From assembly GCA_043740665.1 (NCBI GenBank), contig JAYUBX010000095.1, positions 1 through 30,127 on the forward strand: a stretch of DNA of 30,127 bases. Reading direction: 5' to 3'. The DNA comes from Candidatus Neomicrothrix sp. (lineage in GTDB: Bacteria > Actinomycetota > Acidimicrobiia > Acidimicrobiales > Acidimicrobilacustridaceae). Below, one piece after another: positions 1 through 8,821 of the stretch. Numbering within the stretch: position 1 is the stretch's first letter; each line of letters opens with the position of its first letter. The notes under the pieces are model-generated. The model was not told where the DNA came from. It worked only from the letters and a program-made list of their open reading frames with translations, and made no database searches. The translations under genes were made by a program, and so were the position numbers.

Positions 1-358
1 ACTGGGGGCCACCCAGCCGAAACAGCTGTTCCGGATCGAGCAGCACCCGCTGGAGTTGGTCGACGACGGTGATGAGCAGCCCATCACCGACCTCGTGGCC
101 GTAGGTGTCGTTTACCACCTCGAACTGGCTGAGCTCGATGAGCAGCACCGCTCCCCGTGGTCCGGTGCCATCGCCCGCATCGATCAACGCGGCCAGGGTC
201 TCTTGTAGTCGAGCGCGGTTCGGGAGCCCGGTGAGCACGTCGAACAGCGTGGTGCGTTGCAGGTCGCGGTGGGCCTTGGACGCGGCCCGTTGACCCATGA
301 GCGCGAAACCGATCGCCACGACCGACAGGACGAGGAGCGTCACCACCGCGATGACCAT
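1..358 (-). CDS. Membrane-anchored degenerate GGDEF-domain protein, truncated by the window edge
   Basis: Not in the ORF track. Manual translation from ATG 358: N-terminal TM (MVIAVVTLLVLSVVAIGFALM), then DVLTGLPNR, VNDTYGHEVGD and RLGGPQ, where GGDEF is expected. Confidence 0.85.
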   Translation of the reverse strand, partial: MVIAVVTLLVLSVVAIGFALMGQRAASKAHRDLQRTTLFDVLTGLPNRARLQETLAALIDAGDGTGPRGAVLLIELSQFEVVNDTYGHEVGDGLLITVVDQLQRVLLDPEQLFRLGGPQ

Positions 359-506
359 CGATCCTGAAGTCCCTTCGTGATCGACAGCCGCGGACGGCGA
401 AAGTGTAGGGCGCGGTCACCGATGCCATCGTGAACCGCCGGCGACGCTCCGGATCCAGACACGAGGCAGCCGACGGCGACCACGGCGGATGGGCCATGAT
501 GGCGTC

Positions 507-1283
507 GTGTATCAGAATGTGATCGTTCCCAACGACCGGTCGCTCGAGGGACGGATCGTGTTCGCACCTGCCGCTGACCTGGCGTGGCGGTGCGGAGCTC
601 GGGTGGTCAATGTCAGCAACACGGACGTGAGCGACCGGTCCTCGAAGGCAGCCGTGAAACAGCACGCGATCTCGCAGAGCGCGGCTGATGTTGAGTTCTG
701 GGTCGATCTCGAGCATCCCCTCGCCGATGCCACTCTCACGGCCGCCTCCTTCCGTCCGGACCCGATCATCTGCGTGGCGTCGCCTCCTGCCGGACCGAAG
801 CTGCTGGGTCGTGGTCGAAACGCGCTTTCGTCGGTGGTCGCCCAGCTGGCCGAACGGGCCGACGTACCGGTGGTGGTGGTCGGTCCGGTGGCCGACACCA
901 GCCGAGGCCTGCCCATGACCGAGGTGGTGGTCGTGCTCGATGGCTCGCCCGAATCGGCGGCCATGTTGGGATCGGCGGCCGAGTGGGCCCGAATCTTCAA
1001 GCTGCGGATGATCTTCACTGCGCTGTCTGGCCGGGACGGACTGCGTGAACGATCAGACGTGCAGCAGTACCTCGATGCGCAGGCGCACTCGGTGACGGCG
1101 GCCGGCGGGGTGGGTGTCGAGTTGCTTCAGGGCTCTGGGTCGGTTGCCGACCTGATCACGATGTTGGCGGGACACGAGGATGCCGTCGTCATGCTGTCGC
1201 CCGGCCCGGCCGGATCCTCGTTGAGCAAGGTGGGGACCGAGACGATCTTGACCTCACCCCGTGCCGTCGTGCTGATGCGATGA
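507..1283 (+). CDS. Universal stress protein (tandem USP-like domains)
   Basis: GTG 507 gives the USP-like start MYQNVIVPNDRS; a second domain begins VVVVLDGSPESAAML. ORF track start is 489. Confidence 0.7.
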   Translation: MYQNVIVPNDRSLEGRIVFAPAADLAWRCGARVVNVSNTDVSDRSSKAAVKQHAISQSAADVEFWVDLEHPLADATLTAASFRPDPIICVASPPAGPKLLGRGRNALSSVVAQLAERADVPVVVVGPVADTSRGLPMTEVVVVLDGSPESAAMLGSAAEWARIFKLRMIFTALSGRDGLRERSDVQQYLDAQAHSVTAAGGVGVELLQGSGSVADLITMLAGHEDAVVMLSPGPAGSSLSKVGTETILTSPRAVVLMR

Positions 1284-1286
1284 CGC

Positions 1287-1538
1287 TCAGGTCGCGGGGG
1301 AACGGCCGGTTCGGCGGCGGCGGTCGGCGTCGATGCGCCGAGCGCGCTTCACCAAGCGCTCGAGCTGCGGCCCGAGGATCCGCTCGTCATCAGGCTGCTG
1401 CAGGTCGGCACCCATGGCCTCGATCAGGCCGGACATGCTGACGCCGTACTCGGTGGCGACGCCCTGCCAAGCGGCATGCGCATCGTCGGAGAGATACGCG
1501 TGCACCGCTCGATAGCGGGCCTCGGTCTCCTCGTCCAC
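1287..1538 (-). CDS. Small hypothetical protein, possibly ribbon-helix-helix-like DNA binding
   Basis: Beta-strand then two helices pattern (RAVHAYLSDDAHAAWQGVATEYGVSMSGLIEAM) with a basic tail. Start is GTG 1538 (TAGCGT 8 nt upstream) or ATG 1598 (TGATG overlap with the upstream gene). Confidence 0.55.
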   Translation of the reverse strand: MDEETEARYRAVHAYLSDDAHAAWQGVATEYGVSMSGLIEAMGADLQQPDDERILGPQLERLVKRARRIDADRRRRTGRSPAT

Positions 1539-1560
1539 GGCCGTCAACGCTAGACCTTCG

Positions 1561-1590
1561 CTCGTCGCGACGCGCCTGCGTCGCGATGAC
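1561..1590 (-). terminator. GC-rich hairpin just downstream of the MDMPI stop
   Basis: Perfect arms TCGCGACGC 1565-1573 and GCGTCGCGA 1578-1586, 4-nt loop, extendable to ~12 bp with one mismatch/wobble. No U-tract. Confidence 0.35.
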
Positions 1591-1597
1591 ACGGGCA

Positions 1598-2404
1598 TCA
1601 AAACATGAAGTTCATGGCCATGACCACGCGTCGGCCCAGGTCCTGGTCGCCGGCGATGGCCACGCGTCCGTCGCTCAGGGCTTGCTCGGGATCCCAGCGT
1701 CCGAAACCGATCGCGGCGTAGGCCTCGACATCGAGGGTGATGGTCACGGTGGGGTCAGCGGGTGCCACATCGGCGACCCCGGCGCGGCCGGCCACGACGA
1801 TCGGCACCACGGTTCCGGCGTCGCCCTCGACGACGAACACGACGGACGAGCCATCAGGAGCGGCCGCCCGCTTGCCAACGACCATCGGCATGGCCAGCGT
1901 GACCCGGTTGATCGAGTACTCGACCGCGGGTCCGGCCAGGTGGCCGGGGTGGTCGACGGCGCGGCGCATGTCCTGTTCGTGGGCCCACGAGTCCATGATC
2001 CGTACGGCGATGAACTCGCGGAAGGGCGCCTGACCGAGTGGGGTGGGTCCGACCTCGTCGAGTTGGGCCGGGGTGAGCGCCCGGTACTCGGCCAGGCGCG
2101 ACGCGGCCAGGGCACGGAACTCGGCCAGCACCTCGGCACCCGATCGGCCGCGTCGAGATTCGACCCAGAGCTCGTTGACCTCGCCGATGGGGTTGTGCAG
2201 GTGGTCGGTGCGGCTGGGCGGGGTGTCGGGCGCGGGTTCGCCCCGCATCATCAGCTCGGTGCCGATGATGTGGCTGAGGTTGTCCTGCACGGTCCACCCG
2301 GGCAGGTCGGTCGCCCGCTTCCATTCGGACTCGGTCAGTTGCTCACCGAGGGCGATCGTCGAATCCCAGACGGCTTCGAGCAGGTCGATGACGGGCTCAC
2401 TCAT
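1598..2404 (-). CDS. Mycothiol-dependent maleylpyruvate isomerase (MDMPI) family protein with C-terminal SCP2-like domain
   Basis: W-x-x-x-T-x-LPGWTVQDNLSH, R-x-x-D-x-W-x-HEQD and C-terminal GRVAIAGDQDLG. SD AGGAGG before ATG 2404. Confidence 0.85.
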   Translation of the reverse strand: MSEPVIDLLEAVWDSTIALGEQLTESEWKRATDLPGWTVQDNLSHIIGTELMMRGEPAPDTPPSRTDHLHNPIGEVNELWVESRRGRSGAEVLAEFRALAASRLAEYRALTPAQLDEVGPTPLGQAPFREFIAVRIMDSWAHEQDMRRAVDHPGHLAGPAVEYSINRVTLAMPMVVGKRAAAPDGSSVVFVVEGDAGTVVPIVVAGRAGVADVAPADPTVTITLDVEAYAAIGFGRWDPEQALSDGRVAIAGDQDLGRRVVMAMNFMF

Positions 2405-2438
2405 GGTTCCTCCTGGCGCAGGGCCGGATCCGGATGGG

Positions 2439-2444
2439 TACGGT
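2439..2444 (+). promoter_or_regulatory. -10 element (TACGGT) of a probable leaderless transcript
   Basis: TANNNT 6 nt before ATG 2451, no SD. Confidence 0.55.
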
Positions 2445-2450
2445 ACCGCG

Positions 2451-3143
2451 ATGGCCGTTGACCCCGAATCTCGTCCCGAATGGGTGGAGTTCTTTTTCGA
2501 CCCGATGTGTCCCTGGGCCTACCAGACCTCGATCTGGATTCGCGAGGTTCGTGATCGCACCGGTCTCGAGGTGCGGTGGCGGTTCTTCTCGTTGGAGGAG
2601 ATCAACCGCACCGAAGCCCAGAAGCACCCGTGGGAACGCGACTGGTCGTATGGCTTCGGGCAGATGCGCGTGGGGGCGCTGCTACGCCGGCAGGGCAACG
2701 CGCAGGTCGACCGGTGGTACGCCGAGGTCGGCCGGGCCTTCCACGTCGAGGGGCTGAAGACTCACGACGCGGATGTGCACCGCCAACTGCTCGGGCAGTG
2801 GGGCTGGGATGCGGCCCTGCTCGATGAGGCGCTGGCCGATCCGACCACCGCCGACGAGGTGCGCGCCGACCACGATTTCGCCGCGGTGGAGAAGGCGGCG
2901 TGGGGGGTGCCGACCTTGGTGTTCCCCGACGGTCAGGCGCTGTTCGGCCCGGTCGTGGCTCCGGCCGTCTTGGGGGCCGAGGCCGAGCGGCTGTGGGACC
3001 TGGTCACGGGCTGGACCGAATTTGCGCATCTGTACGAGTTGCAGAGACCCAAGCGGGCCGACGACCTGCGCCACATCGTGTCGACGTTCCGGCCCTACCT
3101 CGACGCTCGTTCGTGGCAGAGCGTCGCCAACCCGACACCCTGA
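2451..3143 (+). CDS. DsbA/thioredoxin-fold protein, Rv2466c-like mycothiol-dependent reductase family
   Basis: FFFDPMCPWAYQTSIW and cis-Pro loop WGVPTL. TACGGT 6 nt upstream of ATG 2451. Confidence 0.8.
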   Translation: MAVDPESRPEWVEFFFDPMCPWAYQTSIWIREVRDRTGLEVRWRFFSLEEINRTEAQKHPWERDWSYGFGQMRVGALLRRQGNAQVDRWYAEVGRAFHVEGLKTHDADVHRQLLGQWGWDAALLDEALADPTTADEVRADHDFAAVEKAAWGVPTLVFPDGQALFGPVVAPAVLGAEAERLWDLVTGWTEFAHLYELQRPKRADDLRHIVSTFRPYLDARSWQSVANPTP

Positions 3144-3159
3144 TCGATCGGGGCCCGGA

Positions 3160-3876
3160 TCAGGACTCGATCTCGAAGGCGGCCATGTCAGCGTCGAGGC
3201 CGGCCTGGATCGAGCGGGCCGTGGCCACCCGGGTGTTCTTGCGAGTCAGCACGAAGGCCCGCGACCGCAGCCGATCGGCCAGCCCGTGGGCGGCGGCGAT
3301 GGTCTCGGCCTCAACCGCTTCGGGGGCGACGACCCGGTCGAGGAAGTTGACGTCGACCGCTCCGGCGGGGTCGGTGATGACCGCGTGGGCGACGGCGGCA
3401 AGGAAGTGACGCTTCGACAACCGGTCTCGAGCAAACTCGACCGCGAACAGGGGCATCGGCATGCCGATCTCGACTTCGGGCAGGCCGACCTTGAACGGGC
3501 CGTCGGCTCCGATGCGTACGTCGGCCGCCATCAACAAGATGGCGCCCATGGCCAGCGCGTGGCCGGTGGCGCCGAGCAGGACCGGCATCGGGAAGGTGTA
3601 GATCCGCAGCGCCAGATCGGCTCCGGCCCGCAGCAGGTCGCGGGCCTGATCAGGCCCGGCGCCCATCACCGAGAGGTCGAATCCGGCCGAGAACTTACCG
3701 GGGCGACCGATGATGGCGACGGCCTTGGCCTCGTCGGCTTCGGCCCTGGTCAGCAGCAGCTGGATCGACCCGATGGCTTCATGACCGAGCACGTTGGCCT
3801 TGCCGTCATCGAATCGGATGATGGCGACATTGCCATCGAGTTCATAGGTGACAGGGCCATCGGCGGGATCGGTCAT
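3160..3876 (-). CDS. Enoyl-CoA hydratase/isomerase (crotonase) family protein
   Basis: FSAGFDL, GHALAMGAILLMAAD, GLPEVEIG motifs. Confidence 0.9.
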   Translation of the reverse strand: MTDPADGPVTYELDGNVAIIRFDDGKANVLGHEAIGSIQLLLTRAEADEAKAVAIIGRPGKFSAGFDLSVMGAGPDQARDLLRAGADLALRIYTFPMPVLLGATGHALAMGAILLMAADVRIGADGPFKVGLPEVEIGMPMPLFAVEFARDRLSKRHFLAAVAHAVITDPAGAVDVNFLDRVVAPEAVEAETIAAAHGLADRLRSRAFVLTRKNTRVATARSIQAGLDADMAAFEIES

Positions 3877-3894
3877 GGGCGAACCTTAGTGGGC

Positions 3895-4728
3895 CTACTT
3901 GCGGGCTTTGAATGCGCCCGCCATCTGCTCTGCCGCGAACTGAGGTGGCACCGGTTCGCCTGCCGCGAACTGGTAGAGCGCCGTGCGGAAGATGCCGCTG
4001 AGGGTGCTGGTCACCACTGACATCACTGCGATCCAGATGCCACCGGCGACCAGACCGGCCACTGGCTGGGTGACGGCGAGCAGCCCGGCGATGACGAGAC
4101 CGGGCAGCATGAACAGGAAGCCGATGAGACCGAATCCGACCTGTCCGATGAGGTTCTCGCCCCAGGTCTGGCGGAACAGCCCGGCCGATCGCTTGAGCGA
4201 CGTGATGGGTCCGGTTCCCTCGACCACGATGACCGGTACGGCCAGCCAGGTGACGATCTGCCAGGCCATTCCAATCATCCGGACGATGATCGCCCCGAGG
4301 AAACCGGCCCGGTTCTGGATGGCGTTGAGCACCAGTCCGACGGTGCCGGTGAGCAGCGACCAAAGAAAGATGGGACCGAGGCGGTTGTAGGCCACACCGA
4401 ATGCCGAGCCCAGGGTTGGATGGCCGCCGAGCAGGCGCTCGCGGGCGCCAGCGACGAGGGCGGCGGTGAAGAAGGTGACGACGAACGTGATGAGCAGGTA
4501 AGCGACGGCGCCGACGGCGTAGGTGAGCGGTGTGGCGCTGAGTTCGCTCTGGCCGGGTTCGACGACGCGGTGGTGGGCGAGCGAGAAATAGATGGCGCTG
4601 CCGCTGATGATGGCGACGGCGGCCGTGGCCACGAAGCTCAAGATCGGAATCGCCATGAGCTGCTTTTCGCTCTGCAGGACCTGCCACGAGGCCACGGCCA
4701 TCTTCCAGCTGTTGGCGAATCGACTCAT
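3895..4728 (-). CDS. Multi-pass membrane protein, DUF6159-like
   Basis: Start MSRFANSWKMAVASWQVL, several TM helices, VPVIVVEG and WGENL. Start moved from 4755 to 4728 by a leaderless -10. Confidence 0.7.
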   Translation of the reverse strand: MSRFANSWKMAVASWQVLQSEKQLMAIPILSFVATAAVAIISGSAIYFSLAHHRVVEPGQSELSATPLTYAVGAVAYLLITFVVTFFTAALVAGARERLLGGHPTLGSAFGVAYNRLGPIFLWSLLTGTVGLVLNAIQNRAGFLGAIIVRMIGMAWQIVTWLAVPVIVVEGTGPITSLKRSAGLFRQTWGENLIGQVGFGLIGFLFMLPGLVIAGLLAVTQPVAGLVAGGIWIAVMSVVTSTLSGIFRTALYQFAAGEPVPPQFAAEQMAGAFKARK

Positions 4729-4788
4729 GGCGTCGACGGTACTCCTTGCCGACAAGGGGATGAAGGGACCGAATGGCTCAACGGTCGG

Positions 4789-6042
4789 TCAAGCGCCGAG
4801 GGTGAGCAGGGCGAGATCGACCCGGGGCCAGACCCCGCGGGCCCACGGCGCGTGCTGGTCTGGGGATTGGCCGGCGACGTCGTCAGCCTCGTCCCACAGG
4901 TCGGCTTCGACCGGCGCCAGGACCGCCCGGATCTCGGCCAGGGCTGTCGCCGACCGCTCGCGGCCGTCCGATCCGGGTGCGCCCGCCGCCCGCGCCTCGT
5001 CGACCCGAGTGCGCAGCGTCTCGAACCGGTGCCAGGTGGCGGCCTGGGCCAGTTCGGGGGCAACGCCGTCGACGCCGAACGTGGGCACGAAGACCGTGAC
5101 GCAGGGGTTGCCGGGGGCGACCCAGGCCCGCAGCGGTTCGGACTGGTCGCGCGGCAGAGACGCGATCATCGACGCGGTCGTGGCCTGCACGTCGTCCAGG
5201 TGCAGGCACAGCGAGACGCCGGTGCCCAGCCGATCGATCACCGCGGGTGGCAGGCCCGAGGTCTGGACGGGGTCATCGCCCGGTCGTCCCCAAGCATCGG
5301 CACCGTGGTGGCGCAGCAGGACGGCCAGCTCGCGTGCGCCAGCGTCCGCGCTCGGGCTGGCGGCAACATCCTGAGCCCCGGGTCGGCTGACGGCCAGCCG
5401 TCGGTCGGCGTGCGCGGTTGGGCTCGTCGCCCGGCGCCACTGGTCGAAGTCGCCGACGGCGGCCACGTCGATCGATGCCCGAGTGAAGTCGGTCGCCAGC
5501 GAGATGCGGTTGGACAGTGCCACCCCGCGCTCGGCCGGGTCAACGCGGCGAGCCGCCCACGAACGGGCACTGGTCTCGAGCACCCAGGCCTCGGTCGGAT
5601 CGGCGATCAGGAATGACGAGAAATAGGCCTTCCCTTCGTCACGGTCACCGATGCCGCCCTGGCCGTACTGGTCGATCAGTGCGGTCACGACATCGAGCGC
5701 CTGCTCGGCGGTGCGGCCGCGCTCGAGGCCGAGTCGCACGAGGTCCATGCCGGTGAGGGCGTCGGGCGCTTCGGCGGGGTTGTCCGTTGTCCAGAGCTGC
5801 TCGTTTCCGATCGCCACTCGGTGAGCATTCACGCCGTGTTCGAGTCCCCACAGCCAGGTGGAGCGTGAGCCGATCAGTGCCGCCGCACCGGCGTCGGCCA
5901 TCTCGAGGTACTGGGTGTGCAGGATCGATCCCGCCCGTCGAGTGGCGAACGCCTCCAGCACCTGGACCTCGCCTGGGGGGCGGTCGGAGTTCTTGGCGAA
6001 CAGGGTGCGCTCGGGTTGGAACGCGCAGAGCGAATCGCACAT
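4789..6042 (-). CDS. Peptidase C69 (secernin/dipeptidase, Ntn-hydrolase) family
   Basis: N-terminal nucleophile Cys (MCD), FAKNSDR, GVNAHRVAIGNE, SFLIAD...AWVLET. Confidence 0.85.
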   Translation of the reverse strand: MCDSLCAFQPERTLFAKNSDRPPGEVQVLEAFATRRAGSILHTQYLEMADAGAAALIGSRSTWLWGLEHGVNAHRVAIGNEQLWTTDNPAEAPDALTGMDLVRLGLERGRTAEQALDVVTALIDQYGQGGIGDRDEGKAYFSSFLIADPTEAWVLETSARSWAARRVDPAERGVALSNRISLATDFTRASIDVAAVGDFDQWRRATSPTAHADRRLAVSRPGAQDVAASPSADAGARELAVLLRHHGADAWGRPGDDPVQTSGLPPAVIDRLGTGVSLCLHLDDVQATTASMIASLPRDQSEPLRAWVAPGNPCVTVFVPTFGVDGVAPELAQAATWHRFETLRTRVDEARAAGAPGSDGRERSATALAEIRAVLAPVEADLWDEADDVAGQSPDQHAPWARGVWPRVDLALLTLGA

Positions 6043-6095
6043 GGCGGCACCGTAAACCGTCGGAGATTCGAGCGGGCGGCGCTAGGTTCAGGTCC

Positions 6096-7061
6096 ATGTC
6101 TGGGGTAGCAGTAGAAACGCTGGGGTTGCGGCGGAACTTCGGTGACTTCGAAGCGGTCGCGGGCGTCGACCTGTCGGTGGCCGAGGGCGAGATCTACGGC
6201 TTCCTCGGACCCAATGGGGCCGGCAAGTCGACGCTCGTGAAGACGTTGTGCACGCTGCTGCGACCGTCCGGTGGCTCGGCCGCGGTCGCCGGCTACGACG
6301 TGGCCACCCAGTCAACGCAGGTGCGCCTGCGCATCGGCGTGGCCCTGCAGGACGCGGCCATCGACCCGAAGCTCACCGGTCGCGAGATCTTGGTGCTGCA
6401 GGGCCGCTACTACGGCCTGCGCAAGTCCGAGATCCAAAGTCGAATGGCTGACGTTCTGGCGCTGGTCGACATTGGCGATGCCATCGACAACCGCACCGGC
6501 ACCTATTCCGGTGGTATGCGGCGCCGTCTCGACCTGGCCGCCGCCCTGGTGCACAACCCCGAGGTGCTGTTTCTCGACGAGCCGACCACGGGCCTCGACC
6601 CGATGAGCCGAATCCGGGTCTGGGAAGAAGTCCGCCGTCTCAACGACGAGCTGGGAATGACCATCTTCCTGACCACGCAGTACCTCGAGGAAGCCGACCA
6701 ACTGGCCGACCGGGTCGGCATCATCAACGCTGGAGAGATCGTGGCCGAGGGCACGCCCGACGCACTCAAACGCCAGATCGGTTCCGATGTGGTGATCGCC
6801 CGAGTGGCCGGCGATGTCGACGTGGCGCGCGCCGCGGTGGCCACCATCCCGGGGGTCGAAGGTGTCACCGTGCGGCAGGACGAGATCACCATCTCGGTGG
6901 CCGACGGCGCCGCCACCATCAGTCCGGTGGCCGTCGCCCTCAACGCCTGCGGCGTGAAGGTGGTCGACCTCACGCTGCGCACCCCCACCCTCGACGACGT
7001 GTTCCTCGAGCTGACCGGTGGCCACATCCAGAACGGCGACCACACGGAGGACGCGGCATGA
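6096..7061 (+). CDS. ABC exporter ATP-binding protein (DrrA-like)
   Basis: GPNGAGKS, YSGGM, LFLDEPTTGLD, TTQY. Start ATG 6096 has TAGGTT 7 nt upstream; the track ORF 5787 is overextended. Confidence 0.92.
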   Translation: MSGVAVETLGLRRNFGDFEAVAGVDLSVAEGEIYGFLGPNGAGKSTLVKTLCTLLRPSGGSAAVAGYDVATQSTQVRLRIGVALQDAAIDPKLTGREILVLQGRYYGLRKSEIQSRMADVLALVDIGDAIDNRTGTYSGGMRRRLDLAAALVHNPEVLFLDEPTTGLDPMSRIRVWEEVRRLNDELGMTIFLTTQYLEEADQLADRVGIINAGEIVAEGTPDALKRQIGSDVVIARVAGDVDVARAAVATIPGVEGVTVRQDEITISVADGAATISPVAVALNACGVKVVDLTLRTPTLDDVFLELTGGHIQNGDHTEDAA

Positions 7062-7885
7062 CCGCCATCGTTACCTCGACCGACTCGACCGCGGTGCCGC
7101 GCAGCACGGTGCGCGCCCGGCAGGCCGGCTTCGTCCGCGATCTCTCGTCGGTCGCCACCCGGGCCTTGAAGCTGATCCCGCGCGACATCGAGAGCGTGAT
7201 TCCCGCGCTGGTCGTGCCTCTGTTCTTCTTCGTGGTGAACACCGGTTCGCTGTCGAAGGCGTTCGAGTTCTCGAACCCGGGGCAGAGCTTCAAGGCCTTT
7301 CAGATCCCGGTCGCCATCATCTTCGCCGTGACCGGCGTGTCGCGGGCCTCGACGCTGGTCACCGACATCCAGGACGGGTACTTCGACCGGATGCTGATGA
7401 CCCCCATGAATCGGCTGGCGCTGCTACTCGGGCTCATGGTCGCCGACTTCGCCCTCGTTATCGCCCTGTCGATCCCGGTCGTGATCTTGGGCCTGGTTCT
7501 CGGCGTGCATGTGGCCACCGGCCCGGCCGGAGTCGTTTTGTTCCTGCTCATGGCTGGTTTGTGGGGGGTGGTGTTCACCGGATTTCCCTACGCCATCGCC
7601 CTCAAGACCGGTAGCCCGGCGGCGGTGAACTCGAGCTTCATCTTGTTCTTCCCGTTCGCCTTTCTGACGACGTCGTTCCTGCCCATGGACCAGCTGCAGG
7701 GTTGGCTGGCCGAGGTGGCCAAGTACAACCCGGTGACGTACCTGCTGGCCGCGTTGCGATCGTTGATCATGGTGGGATGGGACGGCCACGCGCTCTGGCA
7801 GGGCTTCGCCGCGGTGCTCGCCGTCGGCGTGGTGAGCCAATCCTTGGCCTTCAGCGCCCTGCGCGGCCGCCTCAAAAAGGGCTGA
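7058..7885 (+). CDS. ABC-2 type permease (DrrB-like)
   Basis: Six TM segments, DIQDGYFDRMLMTP, KYNPVTY; ATGA overlap with the ATPase. Confidence 0.9.
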   Translation: MTAIVTSTDSTAVPRSTVRARQAGFVRDLSSVATRALKLIPRDIESVIPALVVPLFFFVVNTGSLSKAFEFSNPGQSFKAFQIPVAIIFAVTGVSRASTLVTDIQDGYFDRMLMTPMNRLALLLGLMVADFALVIALSIPVVILGLVLGVHVATGPAGVVLFLLMAGLWGVVFTGFPYAIALKTGSPAAVNSSFILFFPFAFLTTSFLPMDQLQGWLAEVAKYNPVTYLLAALRSLIMVGWDGHALWQGFAAVLAVGVVSQSLAFSALRGRLKKG

Positions 7886-7889
7886 CCTT

Positions 7890-7945
7890 CCGAAACCGGG
7901 CATCTTTGCAGGCCGCTTTCCGTCCGTTTTCGTGCCCAGTTTCGG
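7890..7945. terminator. Long inverted repeat between convergent genes (terminator or REP-like hairpin)
   Basis: CCGAAACCGGGCA 7890-7902 vs TGCCCAGTTTCGG 7933-7945, 12/13 complementary, 30-nt loop. Confidence 0.5.
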
Positions 7946-7948
7946 GTA

Positions 7949-8791
7949 TCAGGCCGGTTCGGTGACGAAGTCGATGAGCTGTTCGACGGCACCGACCAAC
8001 GGTGGTTCGAGGTCGGCGTAGCTGCTCACCGCGCCGAGTAGCTGCTTCCAGAACAGGCGGGGATCGTCGACGCCGATGCGGCGACAGATGCCGTCCTTCC
8101 AGTTCTCGCCCTTGGGTACATCGGGCCACGCGGCCAGACCCACGACCGATGGCTTCACCGCGGCCCACACATCGACGTAGGGGTGCCCGGTGATGAGCAC
8201 ATCGGGATGATCGATGGTCGAAGCCAGTCGTGACTCCTTCGAGTGGTCGACCAGATGATCGAGCAGCACGCCGAGCCGTCGACCGGGGCGGGGACCGAAC
8301 GACCGCACGATGTCGGCGAGGTGATCGGCTCCGTCGAGCATCTCGACCACAACGCCTTCGACTCTCAGGTCATCACCCCACACCTTCTCGACCAGCTCGG
8401 CGTCGTGCAGCCCCTCGACCAGGATGCGGCTGGCTCGCGCCACCCGGGCCGGGGCGTGGCCGACCGACACCGAGCCCGACGCCGTGCGCGTGGCGGTGGC
8501 GGTTCGTGCCGCGGTCGGTGGCACGAGGGTGACTTGGCGTCGGTCGACCATGAAGCCGCCGTCGAGCAGCCGCACCTGCCGGTCACGACCACCCGAGACC
8601 CGCAGCGTCAGGATGCCCTTCGCCACCGACACGACCACGCCGCGCACCCCGCTACCGCGTTGTTCGACCTCGAGACCCGGCATCGCCTCGACCTTGGGGT
8701 GCGCCGGTCGTCGGGCGTTGCTGTTGAGATCGATGGGACCGCCGAGGATCCCCTTGTTGTAGAAACCGGCGGAATCGTGGTCAGAAGGCAT
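7949..8791 (-). CDS. DUF3097-like conserved actinobacterial protein (TOPRIM-like C-terminal part)
   Basis: ASRILVEGLHDAELVEKVWGDDLRVEGVVVE, GVLLDHL, GHPYVDVWAAVKP. Start ATG 8791 preferred over 8836. Confidence 0.8.
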   Translation of the reverse strand: MPSDHDSAGFYNKGILGGPIDLNSNARRPAHPKVEAMPGLEVEQRGSGVRGVVVSVAKGILTLRVSGGRDRQVRLLDGGFMVDRRQVTLVPPTAARTATATRTASGSVSVGHAPARVARASRILVEGLHDAELVEKVWGDDLRVEGVVVEMLDGADHLADIVRSFGPRPGRRLGVLLDHLVDHSKESRLASTIDHPDVLITGHPYVDVWAAVKPSVVGLAAWPDVPKGENWKDGICRRIGVDDPRLFWKQLLGAVSSYADLEPPLVGAVEQLIDFVTEPA

Positions 8792-8821
8792 GCGGCGAGG
8801 ATGGTAGCGACGCCCCCAACC

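Noticed and set aside
3139-3164. CCTGATC/GATCAGG inverted repeat between convergent genes
   Set aside because: Only 7 bp and largely made of the two stop codons; no U-tract.
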